From positions 82,770,001-82,834,000 of the forward strand of contig OX597821.1 in assembly GCA_951406725.2 (NCBI GenBank): DNA of 64,000 nt. The letters are read 5' to 3'. The DNA is from Octopus vulgaris (taxonomy: Eukaryota). Shown in pieces: positions 1-14,134 of the stretch. Made by a program: the position numbers and the translations under genes. Position 1 is the first letter of the stretch, and each line of letters begins with the position of its first letter. Under the pieces are notes generated by a model, which made no database searches, had not been told where the DNA came from, and saw nothing but the letters and a program-made list of their open reading frames with translations.

Positions 1-937
1 AATGTTTCTTAGTGTCTATCCAACGGTAGGTTAAATGCTCATTTAACCATATTCTTGTGATGCTGGCAGAATGGGAAAGAGGCTCTCAATCTTCTAAAAC
101 ATGTATAAGTTACTGTTAGACAATCTAAGAAGAACAGGTCAGGAGAACTATTAATAGATCAACACAACAATCACTATTGCATATAAAAGAAAGTAAGTAC
201 ACTTTCATTAAACTGAGTTGTAAGCTAAACAAACATACAACCCAGGTTTAACCACACCTTTTGTTACCGTTTCATGGAGTTATATGCAGCATAAAATCCG
301 TGATTATGTTGTCTGATAATTCCATTCACATGAAATTTGATCACATGGGTCTGATCAAATTACGTGATTAATAAGAGAAATATTATGGAAGAACACTAAC
401 ATCTCCTCACAGAATTGAGCTCATTGTCAGAATACCTCATTTGCTGTTAGAAAAGGTATAAGAGTAATGTGATGTAACTTTAAATCCTTTATAATGTGTT
501 GTTATGATGTTTAATTCATATTTAGCCAAGAGGAGCTGTATATAAGAAATGCTTGAGAATGTTATTCGTAATCTTGGTTGATTTGTGTCCTGACTGATAT
601 TGGATAACCAGAACAAAGAGCATCTTTGATTGAACCTCTGCTTTATCACTTGTTAAATAACATCAATTGTTCTCCTGGTTGATTGATCACATCTTTAGTT
701 GTCACTCAACTGTTATTGTTTAACTTTTACTTGTTTCAGTCTTTGGACTGCAGCCATGCTGGGGCATTGTCTTGAAGGATTTAGTCAAAACAACCAACCA
801 CAGTATTTATTTTTTTAAAACTTGGAACTTATTCTATCAGTCTTTTTTGCTGAGCTCCTAAGTGATGGGAATGTAAATAAACCAACACCTGTTGTCATAC
901 ACAAAGACAGATGTGTGTGTGTATATATATATATATA

Positions 938-1349
938 TACTCTTTTACTCTTTTACTTGTTTCAGTCATTTGACTGCGGCCATGCTGGAGCACCGCCTTT
1001 AGTCAAGCAACTCGACCCCAGGACTTATTCTTTGTAAGCCCAGTACTTATTCTATCGGTCTCTTTTGCCGAACCGCTAAGTGACGGGGACATAAACACAC
1101 CAGCATCGGTTGTCAAGCAAACCTAGGGGGACAAACACAGACACACAAACACACACGCACACACATATATATATATACATATATACGACGGGCTTCTTTC
1201 AGTTTTCGTCTACCAAATCCACTCACAAGGCTTTGGTCAGCCCGAGGCTATAGTAGAAGACACTTGCCCAAGGTGCCACGCAGTGGACTGAACCCGGAAC
1301 CATGTGGTTAGTAAGCAAGCTACTTACCACACAGCCGCTCCTGCGCCTA
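938..1349 (-). mobile_element. tRNA-derived SINE family A (internal (AT)n/(GT)n, AAAAGAGT tail)
   Basis: A-box-like TGGCTGTGTGG and B-box-like GGTTCAGTCCC; many similar copies in the window. Confidence 0.85.
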
Positions 1350-1931
1350 TATATGTAAAATATTAAAGGAATTTTTGTAAAAGTTCAAAACTGAAAGAAA
1401 AAAAAGAAATTCTTTGAAAAATAATTTATTAGAAATAGTAGGCGCGGGCATGGCTGTGTGGTTAGGGAGCTGTAGGCGCGGGCATGGCTGTGTGGTTAGG
1501 GAGCTTGCTTCCTAGCTATATGGTTTCGGGTTCAGTCCTACTGCGTGGCACTTTGGGTAGGTGTCTTTCACTATAGCCCCGAGCTGACCGGAGCTTTGTG
1601 ATTGAATTCGGTAGGTGGAAGTTACTGCCATGTGTGTATATGTGCGTGTAGGTGCTTGTGCCTCTCCGAAAGAGAGAGAGTTCCACAGAGATAAATCGAA
1701 CATAAATATATATTAAACCATCAGGGCATCCAATGGTAAAACCCAATAGTATAAAATACACACATATATACGGATAAACAGTGATAAAACCTAAAAGGGT
1801 AATATGAGTGAGGTTGAATGAAGAAAAATATCTGTATTAGATTAATGCATAAGAAAAGCGACTAAAAATTTAAGGCAATGAAACTAAAATAATATAAATA
1901 TAGCTAAAGGTTAAAGTGGTAATCAGAAAAA

Positions 1932-2021
1932 AGTCCATTCAAATCCATCTCTACGATTATTTCAAAAGATGTTGCCTCACACATCCCTTGAAACGATCGT
2001 AGAGATGGATTTGAATGGACT
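1932..2021. repeat. 90-nt hairpin (26-bp perfect plus ~15-bp imperfect stem, 8-nt loop)
   Basis: agtccattcaaatccatctctacgat ... atcgtagagatggatttgaatggact. Confidence 0.9.
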
Positions 2022-2367
2022 CGTTTCTAGTTCTTTCAATTTCCATCTGCCAAATCCTGTAACAAAGCTTTTGCTCAGCCTGGAATTATAGTAGAAGACA
2101 CCAGCCCAAAGTGCCAAGCAGTTGGACTGAACCTGGAACCATATGACTGAGAAACAAGCTGCAATGTTGAGTTGAAATTGGAGACTGAAATAAATATTTT
2201 TGTCACACAAGCTGCACGTATTCTGCAATGCTGTAATATAATCGATTTAAATTTCTGGAATGAAAACATGTGCATAGAAACTTCATTGATACAATACTTT
2301 CTTTGTCCCATAATAACTATTTCATTTAATGTATGATATTTGTACTGAACATCTTTTGAAATAATCG

Positions 2368-2770
2368 TAGGCGCAGGAGTGGCTGTGTGGTAAGTAGCTT
2401 GCTAACCAACCACATGGTTCCGGGTTCAGTCCCACTGCGTGGCATCTTGGGCAAGTGTCTTCTGCTATAGCCCCGGGCCGACCAATACCTTGTGAGTGGA
2501 TTTGGTAGACGGAAACTGAAAGAAGCCTGTCGTATATATGTATATATATATATGTATGTGTGTGTTTGTGTCTGTGTTTGTCCCCCTAGCGTTGCTTGAC
2601 AGCCGATGCTGGTGTGTTTACGTCCCCGTCACTTAGCGGTTCGGCAAAAGACACCGATAGAATAAGTACTGGGCTTACAAAGAATAAGTCCCGGGGTCGA
2701 TTTGCTCGACTAAAGGCGGTGCTCCAGCATGGCCGCAGTCAAATGACTGAAACAAGTAAAAGAGAAAAGA
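2368..2770 (+). mobile_element. SINE family A, full length
   Basis: Reverse complement of 938-1349. Confidence 0.85.
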
Positions 2771-4519
2771 GAACTAATTATATGTATCTTTTGTCTTTTA
2801 CTTGCTTCACTAATTGGACTGTGGCCATACTAGAGCACTGCTTTGAAGTGTTTAGTTGAATCTGGTTGACCCCAGTACTTACTTTTAAGTCTGGTGCTTT
2901 ATTTTGTTGGTCTCTATTTCTGAACTGCTAAGTTATGGGGACATAAAGAAATCAACACTAGATATTAAGTGGTGGTAAAGGGTAAAAGGGTAAAGACCCC
3001 CTTCGGTCATGAATGACCATAATATTGCACCTAGAAAGCTACCCTCTGAGGCACCAGTCCAGGGATGGTGTGTTTATGGAAGGCCAGCAATTACCCATGC
3101 ATACTAGCCTTCCTCTCCATACCACCAATGCTATCCAAGGGAAAGGCAAATGTCAATACAGCTTTGCACCAGTGATGTTGCAACTCATTTCTACAGCTGA
3201 GTGAAATAAAGTGTCTTGCTCAAGAACAGGTGGTGGTAGTGAGGGTCAAATACAATCACATGGGTGCACTTACATACACATGACAGGCTTCCACACAGTT
3301 TCTGTCTACCAAATTCATTCACAAGGCATTGGTTGGCCCAAGGCTATAGTGCAACATATTTGCCCAAGGTACTGCACAGTGGGACTGAACCCAAAACCAT
3401 ATGGTTGCAAAGTGAGCTTTTTAACCACATAACCATGCCTGTGCCTACATTTGTCAATATAAACAAAGCAAAAAATAAACTCAGTGTTTGGAACCATTAA
3501 TTTTGAGAAGCACTGAAATATTTTACGTTTAAGTAAGTTTTGGCATTTTGTATCTGTGTTATATTTAATTCCATTTGCTTGTAAATATTCATTTCAAGTT
3601 TTTTCTTTATTCATGCTCCTAATTTTATTGGAAGTATTTCCATTTGGCAGTGTGTCATACACCATGCAGGCTTGCAATGTTAAGAAAACACCACTTATAT
3701 TATTGATATTATTAAGGCAGTGAGCTGGTAGAACTGTTAGCATACCAGCCAAAATATTTAGTATTTCACCCATCTTCACGTACTGAGTTCAAATTCATTC
3801 GAGGTTGACTTTGCCTTTCATTCTTTAGGATTTGATAAAATGAAAACCAGTCGAACACTTGGGTCAGTTTAGTCGACTAGCCCCCTCCCTCAAAACTCCA
3901 GGCCTTATGCCTATAGTAGAAAGGATTATTGATATTATTGGCATATTATGCTATTAGTGGTATGTATTGAAATTGGTTTGTTTTTTTTTGTTTTTTTACC
4001 TCTTCAATCAGTTCATTTGTATTTCATGTTACCATACAAATCTGTAAAAGAACAGAATTAAAAATTCATGATTTAGTACATTTTAACTATAGATTCCCTT
4101 CTTCTTTGACACCTCTAGGATTAAATTTGGTTCTGTATAAATCATATGAGGTTTGGTATTGTTGAATGAAATATGATGTGCTTTTAAATTTGCTGGAAAT
4201 GTTTCTCATACTGCCACACCCTAACATCCTCATTCAACATTTTTATTATCATCCTCTTTACTATGTTTCAGTGACTTCAGTTATGGGAGTTCCTTTCGGA
4301 AGATTTTTTGAATTCCATTTGGCAATTTCAAAATATTTTCCTATCTAGAATCTGCTACTGTTACCATAAATGTAACTTTCATTATAAATTGCTTGCTTTT
4401 ACAGGCTCTGAGTGTAGTAGTTGTGAAAAAAAAAATCATGATATAAAACCATTTGCCATTCTAGATGTGCAAGAACAATAAACTTATAGAACATATGGGA
4501 ATTGGATTTTTTCAAACAC

Positions 4520-5735
4520 CCAGGAGACTCTCTAGAGGATGTAGATAATTTCTGTTACCTAGGGGACCAAGTTAGCAGTGGAGAAAAATGGTTTGAAAGT
4601 ATGATTACTAAAATAAGAATGGGATAGAGAAAGTTCAGAGAGCTATTCTTTCTGTTGGCACCAAAAGGTCTCTCATGCAGTGGAAGGCAGATTGTATGGT
4701 GCTTGTGTATGAACAAGTATGTTATATGGTAGTGAGACATAAGCCCTGAATGCAGAGGATGTGTGAAGACTGGAAAGAATTGAAGCTAGTATGACTCTGC
4801 ATGTACAATGAAGGGGAAATGTGTGGAGACTAAAGTTAGGCATAAGAGGAATTCAGGTGTAGCATGCAAGAGAGAAGACTGCAATCGTTTAGTCCTGTGA
4901 TGCATATGGATGAAGATAGTTCTATAAAGAAGTGCTGATCACTTAAATGAAATAAAACTTGTGGAAGAGGGAAACCCATGAAGATGTGGAATGAAGTAGT
5001 GAGGGCCAGTCTCAAGATGTTGAACATCACAGAAGAGATGACTATAGACTAAGATGTCTAGTGATATGAGGTTCCTGAGAAGCCTTGCCCTCTTCAGTGA
5101 AACTGAGGTTAGGAAGTGCCATGTTGTGTGCTCTCTACCCACATATTACATTCTTTCAACCCACTCCCCCAATGACCCAAACTACTGCTAATCATGTACT
5201 ATGCTTACCTTTTACCCCTGCCCCTGCAGCCCTAACCTCACCGTATCATCATGTTCAGTTTTAAAACTTTTCATTTTTAGGCACCCTTTAACCATATACC
5301 TCTTCTACAGCAAGACACCTGTTTCTGTCTCTCTGCCACACTCTAACCATTCATCATCTGACACAAAATCACCTCCTCCAATGCCCCCTCCCCTCTCAAA
5401 GACTATTTATCTTGCAAAGTTACTTGATGACCCTACCAGTTCTGGTGCCATGTAAAAAGCATCCAGTCCACACTGTAAAATGGTTGGCGTTTGGAAGGGC
5501 ATCTAGATGTAAAAACCATGCCAAAACTGATCTTGCCTGTGCTGGTGCCACATAAAAAGCACTCAGCCCACTCTGTATGGTGGTTGGTGTTAGGAAGGGC
5601 ATCCAACCATAAAAACCTTACCAAAACAGACACAGAAGTATGCTGCCGGCTTCTGCCTGGCTGGCTCCTGTCAAACCGTCCAACCCATGCCAGCATGGAA
5701 GGAGGACATTAAACAATGATGACGACAATGATGAC
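4520..5735 (+). mobile_element. Decayed 3' fragment of an RTE LINE with its 3' UTR
   Basis: Residual VDNFCYLGDQ...KFREL...MLYGSET...GRGKPMKMW; same (GAT)n-tailed 3' end as 19770-20000. Confidence 0.8.
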
Positions 5736-6424
5736 TTGAAGTTTGCTTTAAGGCACTTCATGTTATTTGGAAGAAAAAAAAATTAACTATCATAACAACT
5801 TGAACTTGCTGCTCAGACACACAAATAACCTTTAATAAAATATTGCCAATAATCAAAAGAAAAATGTGTAAATATATTAACTGTTATAGAGCAGAGACTG
5901 TAATAGTTTTTGTTTACATTTTACCTTATTAAAATGTATCAAATTCAGTAATTGTTTTACTATGTTATTGTATGGCCTAGGTATACACGCAAGAGCGTAA
6001 TTGATACATGTAGATATATATATTGTAATATATACAAGAGTAGATGTGGCTGTGTGGTTAAGATATTTGCTTCCCAAACAACCAAAGTTGCGTGAGAGAG
6101 AGAGAGAAAGCTAGAGAGTGTGTACACATACTTGTGTGTCACCTTGTCCTGACGTTGTGTGATAATTGTGTCAGAGTCAAAGAAGCAGTGTCATTCATTT
6201 CCAATATTCCATACAAACATGTCTAATCATGGTGGGGGTGGGGGGTAAGGGGGTATTGCCTGGCTTAGAAATTGGTAAGTGTTGATGAGGTGAAGGGCTT
6301 CAGGCCATAGAAAATCTGACCTTCTTAGAATTTTGACAATGGTGTCCTTAACATAAAGTATTTACTGTGTGGTTTGTGTCATCGATTCTTTTTATTTATT
6401 ATTTCTTTTTGTTTCCGTTTCCAG

Positions 6425-6592
6425 CTTTCTTGTTGCTTCGGAACAGCTTCCTGTGGGTTTTGCTGTCGCTGTTGCCACCCCATCAATGAATCGACCAGTA
6501 CCCGTATTATGTACACCTTATATTTCTTTTTTATAATCCTTATTGCCTGTTTAATGCTCTTCCCTCAAGTTCAAGATGAGGTTGTGAAAAAA
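6425..6592 (+). CDS. SERINC5: SERINC5-like serine incorporator, visible coding exon 1 (phase 0/0)
   Basis: ttccag acceptor, gtaagt donor; LSCCFGTASCGFCCRCCHPINESTSTRIMY...VVKK matches the Cys-rich SERINC N-terminus and STRxMY motif. Confidence 0.9.
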
Positions 6593-9500
6593 GTAAGTAC
6601 TAACCGTTTAGCATTCAGGTTTCTCTATGAAATGTTTGGCTTTGAATTAATCCTAGATTATCTTGTTGCTTTGAGATATCAATGATGTGATTGTTTACTT
6701 TTAGAATGACATTGTAGGGTAGGTGTGAGAGGCTGGATCTGACCAGATATAATTGGCTTAAATGTTAAAGAGTTAAAGTAATATTTCCATATGTTATCTA
6801 ATTAGTCCTACTCATTACACTAATTTCCAACTCATTATACTAACTCTTTCCTTCAATTATTAATACTTGCAATGTTTCTTTACTGATTTTTTTTTTCTTA
6901 CTCCCACTTTTTTTGTGTTAGTGCAGTTTTTGTATACCTATAGATTTAGACATTGACACAAATTGTTCATCACACAAGAATTTTACAATTATATGTATAG
7001 GTGCAGATGTGGCTGTGTGGTTAAGAAGTTTACTTTGCAACCACATGGTTTCAGGTTCAGTCCCACTGCATAGCACTTTGAGCAAATGTCTTCTACTATA
7101 GCCTCAGGTCAATCAAAGCCTTGTGAGTGGACTTGGTTGATGGAAATTGTGGAAGCTTGTTGCATGTGTGTGTGTGTGTGTGTGTGTGTGTTTCTTTGTC
7201 TTAACATCATATGCTTGTTATGAATGAATGTCATCTGTTTCCAATATTCTGTGAAGACATGTCTGGCCTTAGGAAAATATCACCTTGCTTGGCAACAGGT
7301 AAGGGTTGGTGACAGGAAGGGCATGCAGCTGTAGAAATCTGCCTTATTAAACTTCACCCAAGTTCTGCAAGCATAGAAAAATGAACATTAAAACTATGAT
7401 GATGATGATGATGATGATGTAATGTCCTTGCTGAAAAGAAAAACTAGATATAAAACAAAGTAGTATGGAAAACTTACTTTTTCATTTCTTTTCTTTTTTT
7501 CTTTGTAATCTCAAAGTATTTTCTGGGTCAATCAATAATTGTTAATTGGAACCTTTCAGCTCTCTTCTATGCAGTTGAAGTATTGTATAACTGATGAGAA
7601 TTTCTCATTTAGCTTACAGAGCTGCACTCAGTACCCCTTTCCTGTTCTTCATGGACCCTGAGAAAGTAACAAGGGACAACTCTTGGTGTACCCTCATACC
7701 TCAAAGCAAAGCATAAAATTACATTTTTTTTTTATGTCTGGCACCTGTGCGGGTGGCACGTAAAAAGCACCCACTACACTCATAGAGTGGTTGGCATTAG
7801 GAAGGGCATCAGATCAGACTGGGCCTGATGCAGCCTTCTGGCTTCCCAGACCCCAGTTGAACCATCCAACCCATGCTAGCATGGAAAGCGGACGCTAAAT
7901 GATGATGATGATGATGATGATGATACTTGTACAATAATATTCAACACATTTGTGCATACTTGGATATGGGAAAACCTTTCACTGTGGAAATGGCCTCAGG
8001 AGAAATTTCTCATCTTAGACAACATGTATGAAAACGCATTGGATTACGGGATGCATTTGTTTCTAGATTGTTATGCACCATCAGCCACAAATACGTAGAG
8101 CATTAACAAACCTGATAAAAAGCATTACATTTTGTATTCATTAGACTTAAATGAGTCAAGTGAATGTACATCAGTCAAAAGACATGACCCAATGCCTATA
8201 ACAAAGTTTGAACTTATGTGACTTAGGGCAAGAGTCCAGTACTTTAAACATTCAGTACTTTACTTGATCAGCTGAGAAAATATTTGACTAGATAAAGATT
8301 TATCAGCCCCTTCCTACTTCATTTCCTTTCCAATTCATTTTTGTCACAGTTTTAATATCTTTTGACATTCTAAATGTCATCTTCATATTTGTCCTCAATG
8401 TCTTCTACATTTTAGTTTGTGATTTTCCTTTCATTAATGCCATTTTCTCCACTAAACAGAAGATGCCCTTTGCTGAAGTGGTTTGCAAAATGAATAAGTT
8501 CATAAGTGAAGGAAGATGAATATAAATAAACACAAAACAATCAATATCAAAAACCAAGCAAATCTTTATTGATAATGTGTGTGTGTGTGTGTGTGTGTGC
8601 GTGTGTGTATGTATGTGTGTGTGTGTGTGTATACGTGTACTCATATATAATTATAAATGTTAACATTGATTTCTGATTGAAAGCATGAGACCATACATCT
8701 GGGGAAGTGAGAGCATTTGAATGTATTTAACTGGTTCTTATTTTATCAAACCTTCTGAAAGATTAAAAAAGGAAAGTCAGCTTCAGTAGGATTCTAGTTC
8801 ACAATGTACAGAGATGCCACTGAAGAACTGCAAGGCATTTTGTCCAAAGCTCTGCCGATCATTCTGATTGATAGTTTGCTCATCAAACATGGTGAGGCCT
8901 AGGAAAGTGCTTGACTTGTGCAATGGTTTTTTTTTTTTATTGTGAGAAAGAGCTGCATTCTCACACAATATGTCCACTGATAAGATAAAGTCAAGATAGC
9001 TGGACTTGTATGAAAATGCAGGGGATTGCTAAAATGGCTGAAGGTTATCTCAAGACCTTGCTTATTTATCTAATTTGAGGTGTGTTCAGGCTGTAAAACA
9101 TCATTCCAGATGTTTGCTCTGCACCATGGCTTCTAATCCTGCATACAAGTATGTTACCACCTGCACCAGTTGCCCTCAATGGCCAGTTGCCACCAACCAA
9201 TCTGTGCAGATGAAGATTGCTTATTTTCTTCTATACTTCATTTGAATGAAATGTAAACATGCAGCTAACCACACACACACACACTTAATGTATATGTGTA
9301 TGCATTACTGGACGGTCATTGACTCCACTGGGTTCACCTGCTTTTTGACTGGTCTTGATTTTTCATTCTGATGGTTATCCAAAATCATTGTCCTTACCAA
9401 GCAGGCTTGATAATGTTGCCATGACAATAGATATTAAATGATGATGAGGGAGATGATTATGATGCTGATGACCCAACCATTCAACAGGTTGTACTGGTTT

Positions 9501-9936
9501 ACCTGTTACCAATAGCAATCACAAGTGACCTGATATATTTTTTATATATATGTATATATTGAATTATATTGAATAGCTGAATAAAACTGAAGATTCATTT
9601 ATAAATTTTTTTTATTATATCATCAAAAATTACATAGTATTTACACTTGTTTCACTAGTGCTATACTAATATGCTGTATGGTTTGCCAATAGAGGGAGGC
9701 CTCAATAGAGTTGAATATAGCTTGCTAGTTCAGAGATTATTGTAGTGGTGATAGAAGAGACCGAGAACAAAGAACATAGAGATATTAATTAGATAATATA
9801 GAGTACTGATCAGTGAGTTTTTTAATAGCCATACCAACCCAGATGTGTGAACAGTACTCTGTAAATTGCACTTGAATTTTGAAGGTCAGTAACTGATATT
9901 CAATAATGATAATGAAAACCCTTGTTTATTTCACAG

Positions 9937-10115
9937 GTCCCTTGGTTTAACGAAACCTGCTCTTATTTAAGCCTCGGTGAGGACTGCCACCAGTTGACAG
10001 GTTTCAAAGCTGTCTATCGAATTTGTTTTGGTTTATCAGCCTTCCATTTCATGCTTTTCATCTTCACCTTCCATGTAGCCAACTCAAACGGTTTCAGAGC
10101 ATCAATTCAGAATGG
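9937..10115 (+). CDS. SERINC5: SERINC5-like exon 2 (phase 0/2)
   Basis: tcacag|VPWFNETC...GFKAVYRICFG...RASIQNG|gtaaat; AVYR motif. Confidence 0.93.
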
Positions 10116-10222
10116 GTAAATATCTTCTCTATTGCTTTACACATTTTTTAAAAAGAGATATTTCAGTTGATAAATTGTAATGTTAGCCAATCAAAAACAC
10201 TCAAAGACTAGTAGCTTCTCTG

Positions 10223-10614
10223 AACCCTAGCATTCACATTATTCTTGCAAAAGTAATGCTTATTTTTTCACATTGTTTTGAATTAATCATGCATTACCTT
10301 ATAGATATGAGATTTTGATGAGGTAACTGTTAAGGCCAAACCTGGCCAGTTTGAACATAAAACAGGTAGAAAATTTTTACCGGATATGACCAGTTTAAAT
10401 GATAAAGGTTTAACTCTTTAACATTCAGATTACTTTGTCAAAATTAATCCTTATTTATTCACATTGTTTTCAATTAATCGTGCATTATCTCGTACCTTAG
10501 ATATTTCAATGATGTAATTGTTTATTTTTAGAATGACATTGTAGGATAGGTGCAAGGGGTTAGATCTGACCAGTTGGGACATAAAACAGGTTAGTTTAAA
10601 TACTAAAGGGTTAA
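10223..10614. mobile_element. Two tandem piggyBac-like MITEs (other copies at ~6601, 21055, 21790, 29247, 35098, 56663, 62505)
   Basis: TTAA-flanked, CCCTTTAGCATT...AATGCTAAAGGG-type termini, shared ~200-bp body. Confidence 0.7.
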
Positions 10615-11574
10615 ACATTATTTGGTGTCAAGGTGAGATGCAGTAGAATCATGTCTGATCAGGTTGCAATTTGTGCAACGAAAATTTTAACACCAAATAA
10701 TAATATTTAAGTGAAGTTAATGGTTTTTGTGTGTTTTTGAATGACACATTTTTGTCTTCCATGCTACAATCATTTTAGTTTCAGCATAAGATCTCAAATC
10801 AAATCTTTTGCTTGGCAAGTACGGCTCCAAAATGGTAATGTTCTTTTTTCTTTCTTTCTTTCTTTCTTTCTTTTTTTTTTGAGATTGCTATCTCTAAATA
10901 ATGACTGAGTATTCATTTATTCATTATATGTCATGTATTTTAAACAATCGATTACTGATTCACTGTATTTGCAATGGTGAAAGTGTCAAGGGTTTGTGCA
11001 ACTCAACAGAATAGATATCACAATATACATCACTAAAAGATATATAAAACAATATGTAATTGTAAGACCCATGGATCTAAGTGTAGGAAGTTAGTAAGGT
11101 TTGAGTAATCCAAGGTGGGTATAAAAAACAACTCTCAGGCACAATAATTGTTTATCGGCGTGGAAGTTTATGGGCTTTTCCCATATCAAAGCTCAATAAA
11201 CTGAAAAAAGTTTTTTTTATAATTCACAATTGGTTGTTATGAATGCGAATAAAAATTCAGATTGATGGAATGGAGCTGGTAAAACCTGGGCTTCATATGT
11301 TTCCTAGTTAACAGACCCTCAGAAGTAATAATTAGCTACTCATCAGGCCAAAGATAACTTAGTTAAATGAAGATTACATTGTCATTAAGGAATCCCAAGT
11401 TAACTTGCCAGAGATGTAATTTAAAATGAGTGGTGAAGCCGGAAGAATGGAGTGAAAAAACAAAATAGATAAACATATGTAAGAGGAAATAAAATGGTCG
11501 GTAATAGAAAAGAAGGAAGGGGTCAAAACTATGGGAGTAGGCAATTGTCTAAAAATCTGTTAGCTAAGAAACAT

Positions 11575-11607
<33 letters not shown>

Positions 11608-12249
11608 ATCATCGTCATTTGATGTTCGTTTTCCATGCTGGCATGGGTCAGTCTGTTTGACTGAAAACTGGTAAGTTGGGAAGCTGCATGAGGTTTCAGT
11701 CTGATTTGACATGGTCTCTACAGCTGGGTGCCCTTCCTAATACCAACCACTCTAAGAGTGTTGTGGGTGCTTTTTACATGTCACCAGCACAGGTGCCAGC
11801 TACAACACTGGCATCGGCCCTGACTGCAATCTCATTTGGCTTCATAAGTCTTCTCAAGCACAGTATATTGCCAAAAGTCTCGATCACTTGTCACTGCCTC
11901 CATGAGGCCCAAAGTTCAAAGGGTGTTTTTTATGTGCCATCAGTGCAGGTGCCACTTACGCAGAACTGGCATTGGCCATAACTATGGTTTTACTTGGTTT
12001 GACAGGTCTTCTCAAGTACAGCTTATCACTCAATGTTCGAAGGGTGCTTTTTATGTGCCACCTGCACAAGTGCCAGTCACAGGACACCAGCATTGAAGTT
12101 TCCACAGTTCTCAGTTTTTAAGATTCTATCCATAAGATATTGGTCTTAAACACAGTCATGACTCTGCTCAGTAAGTCATATTATTGCTATGTGTTTGTGG
12201 TTAGATTCCATATTCTGTTATACACTGAAGAATTTTATTTGCTTGGTAA

Positions 12250-12455
12250 CTCTTTACCCTTTTGCTTGTTTCAGTCATTTGACTTTGGCCATGCTGGAGC
12301 ACCGCCTTTAGTCGAGCAAATCGACCACAGGACTTATTCGTTGTAAGCCTAGTACTTATTCTATTGGTCTCTTGCCAAACCGCTAAGTTACGGGGATGTA
12401 AGCACGCCAGCATCGGTTGTGAAGCGATGTTGGAGGAACAAACATATACACACAC

Positions 12456-12505
<50 letters not shown>

Positions 12506-12669
12506 GACGGGCTTCTTTCAGTTTCCATCTACCAAATCTACTCGCAAGGCTTTGGTCGGCCCGAGGCTATAGTAGAAGACACTTGCCCAAGGTGCCACGC
12601 AGTGGGACTGAACCCAGAACCATGTAGTTCATAAGCAAGTTACTTACCACACAGCCACTCCTATGCCTA
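12250..12669 (-). mobile_element. SINE family A, full length
   Basis: Same sequence family. Confidence 0.85.
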
Positions 12670-14134
12670 AATGAATATTGTTGTTTATTCCTGGCAAACT
12701 CTGATCAAGTTGATCTATGAAAAAAGATGTTCCAGCCATGACTAAACAATCATTTATTGTAATTTAATGTACTTAAAATGGTGGGGTGTGATTTGAAGTA
12801 AATTTAGCTTCTGTTTCTGGCAAATCAGGTGATATCATAGAAGCTTCCATATTGGCTTAGGCTCCTAAATGTGGTAGGATTAGCTCATGTCATTGACGTA
12901 AAGTTTATTGGCAAAATATGTACAACTAGTTTGTATCCTTACTATATTGTCAATATTAATATGTACAGAAGTCGTTGTTATGGCTGATGACAGTACCACC
13001 TGATTGGCACCTATGCTGGTAGCACGTAAAAAGCACCATTTGAGCATGGTTGATGCCAGTACTGCCTGATTAGCTCCCATGCTTGTAGCATGTAAAAAGC
13101 ACCATTCAAGCATGTTCGATGCCAGTACCGCCTGACTGGCCCTCGTTCTGGTGGCACACAAAAGGTACCCACTACACTCTTGGAGTGGTTGGCATTAGGA
13201 GGGGCATCCAGCTGTAGAAACCTTGCCAGATCAGATTGGAGCCAAACCATCCAACCAATGCCAGCATGGAAAGCGGACATTAAACAACGGTGACCACCGC
13301 CGCCAAAATGGATAATGTATTGAACTAACAGCTCAAACCTCTTGTATATTTTTGATTGTGTACTTAATGCTCTGTTTTCTGAGCCAGAATTACGTGTCAG
13401 ATTATACACCTAGTTCTACTTCATATCTTGATGTCATGTCATATAAATAAACTTGCACTCAAGTACCAGCTCATTGAGACCTCTTATTGTAATTTCAATT
13501 GGAAGATATTAATTCTACTCAGTCAAATCCAAGTGACACGATTGGCTACAAAATAATTTGGCATTTGGCTTACATTTCCTGGGTTAAAAACAGTTGCACT
13601 GAAATTATATGAAAGTGTTTCTAGATGAAACATAATACAGCCTATCATTCCATTAGTTTGTAGTTCAGTGCAGAAATGAAAAGGGGCCAAGTGAGTAGGG
13701 CACTGGATTATCTCTTTTACTTTCTTTACCTAGCAATTGTAAGGGAAATAACATCTCTCTTACTCTCTCCTTAAGACAGTCTCTTTCCATCAGCAACTTT
13801 CAGAGAGTTAACATTTGTTTCTCTTTTTCCTTCACATAACTTAGTTGTAAGACTTCTACAACAACAATCATAAATTCTCTATTAATGGACTAATATTTGT
13901 AATCTGTTTACAACTTGTCACAGTTTTGATAAACCTCATAATGGTTAAATAAAAGCCATGATAAGTATCAATCATCTTCTGTCAGTTTATTTCAAATATC
14001 TTGAAATTTAACAACTATGCAACAGTTATCCTTTTGCAACTTTTCTCCAAATGCAGCCTTTTCGATTTTCTACATGTAACTTCTACTTACATTTGGTGAC
14101 ATCAAACATATCACATACAATTATTATGAATATT

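Noticed and set aside
60-198. Possible SERINC first exon ending at gtaagt (193)
   Set aside because: The ATG at 72 meets a stop after 8 codons and no open phase-0 frame reaches the donor; at most a UTR exon.
1458-1502. TTAGGG telomere-like motifs
   Set aside because: Only two isolated hexamers, both within a duplicated SINE head.
7590-7610. Other CTGATGA occurrences (also ~9465, ~12985, ~28628, ~39951)
   Set aside because: No stem II plus GAAA and no stem I pairing, so they are not hammerheads.
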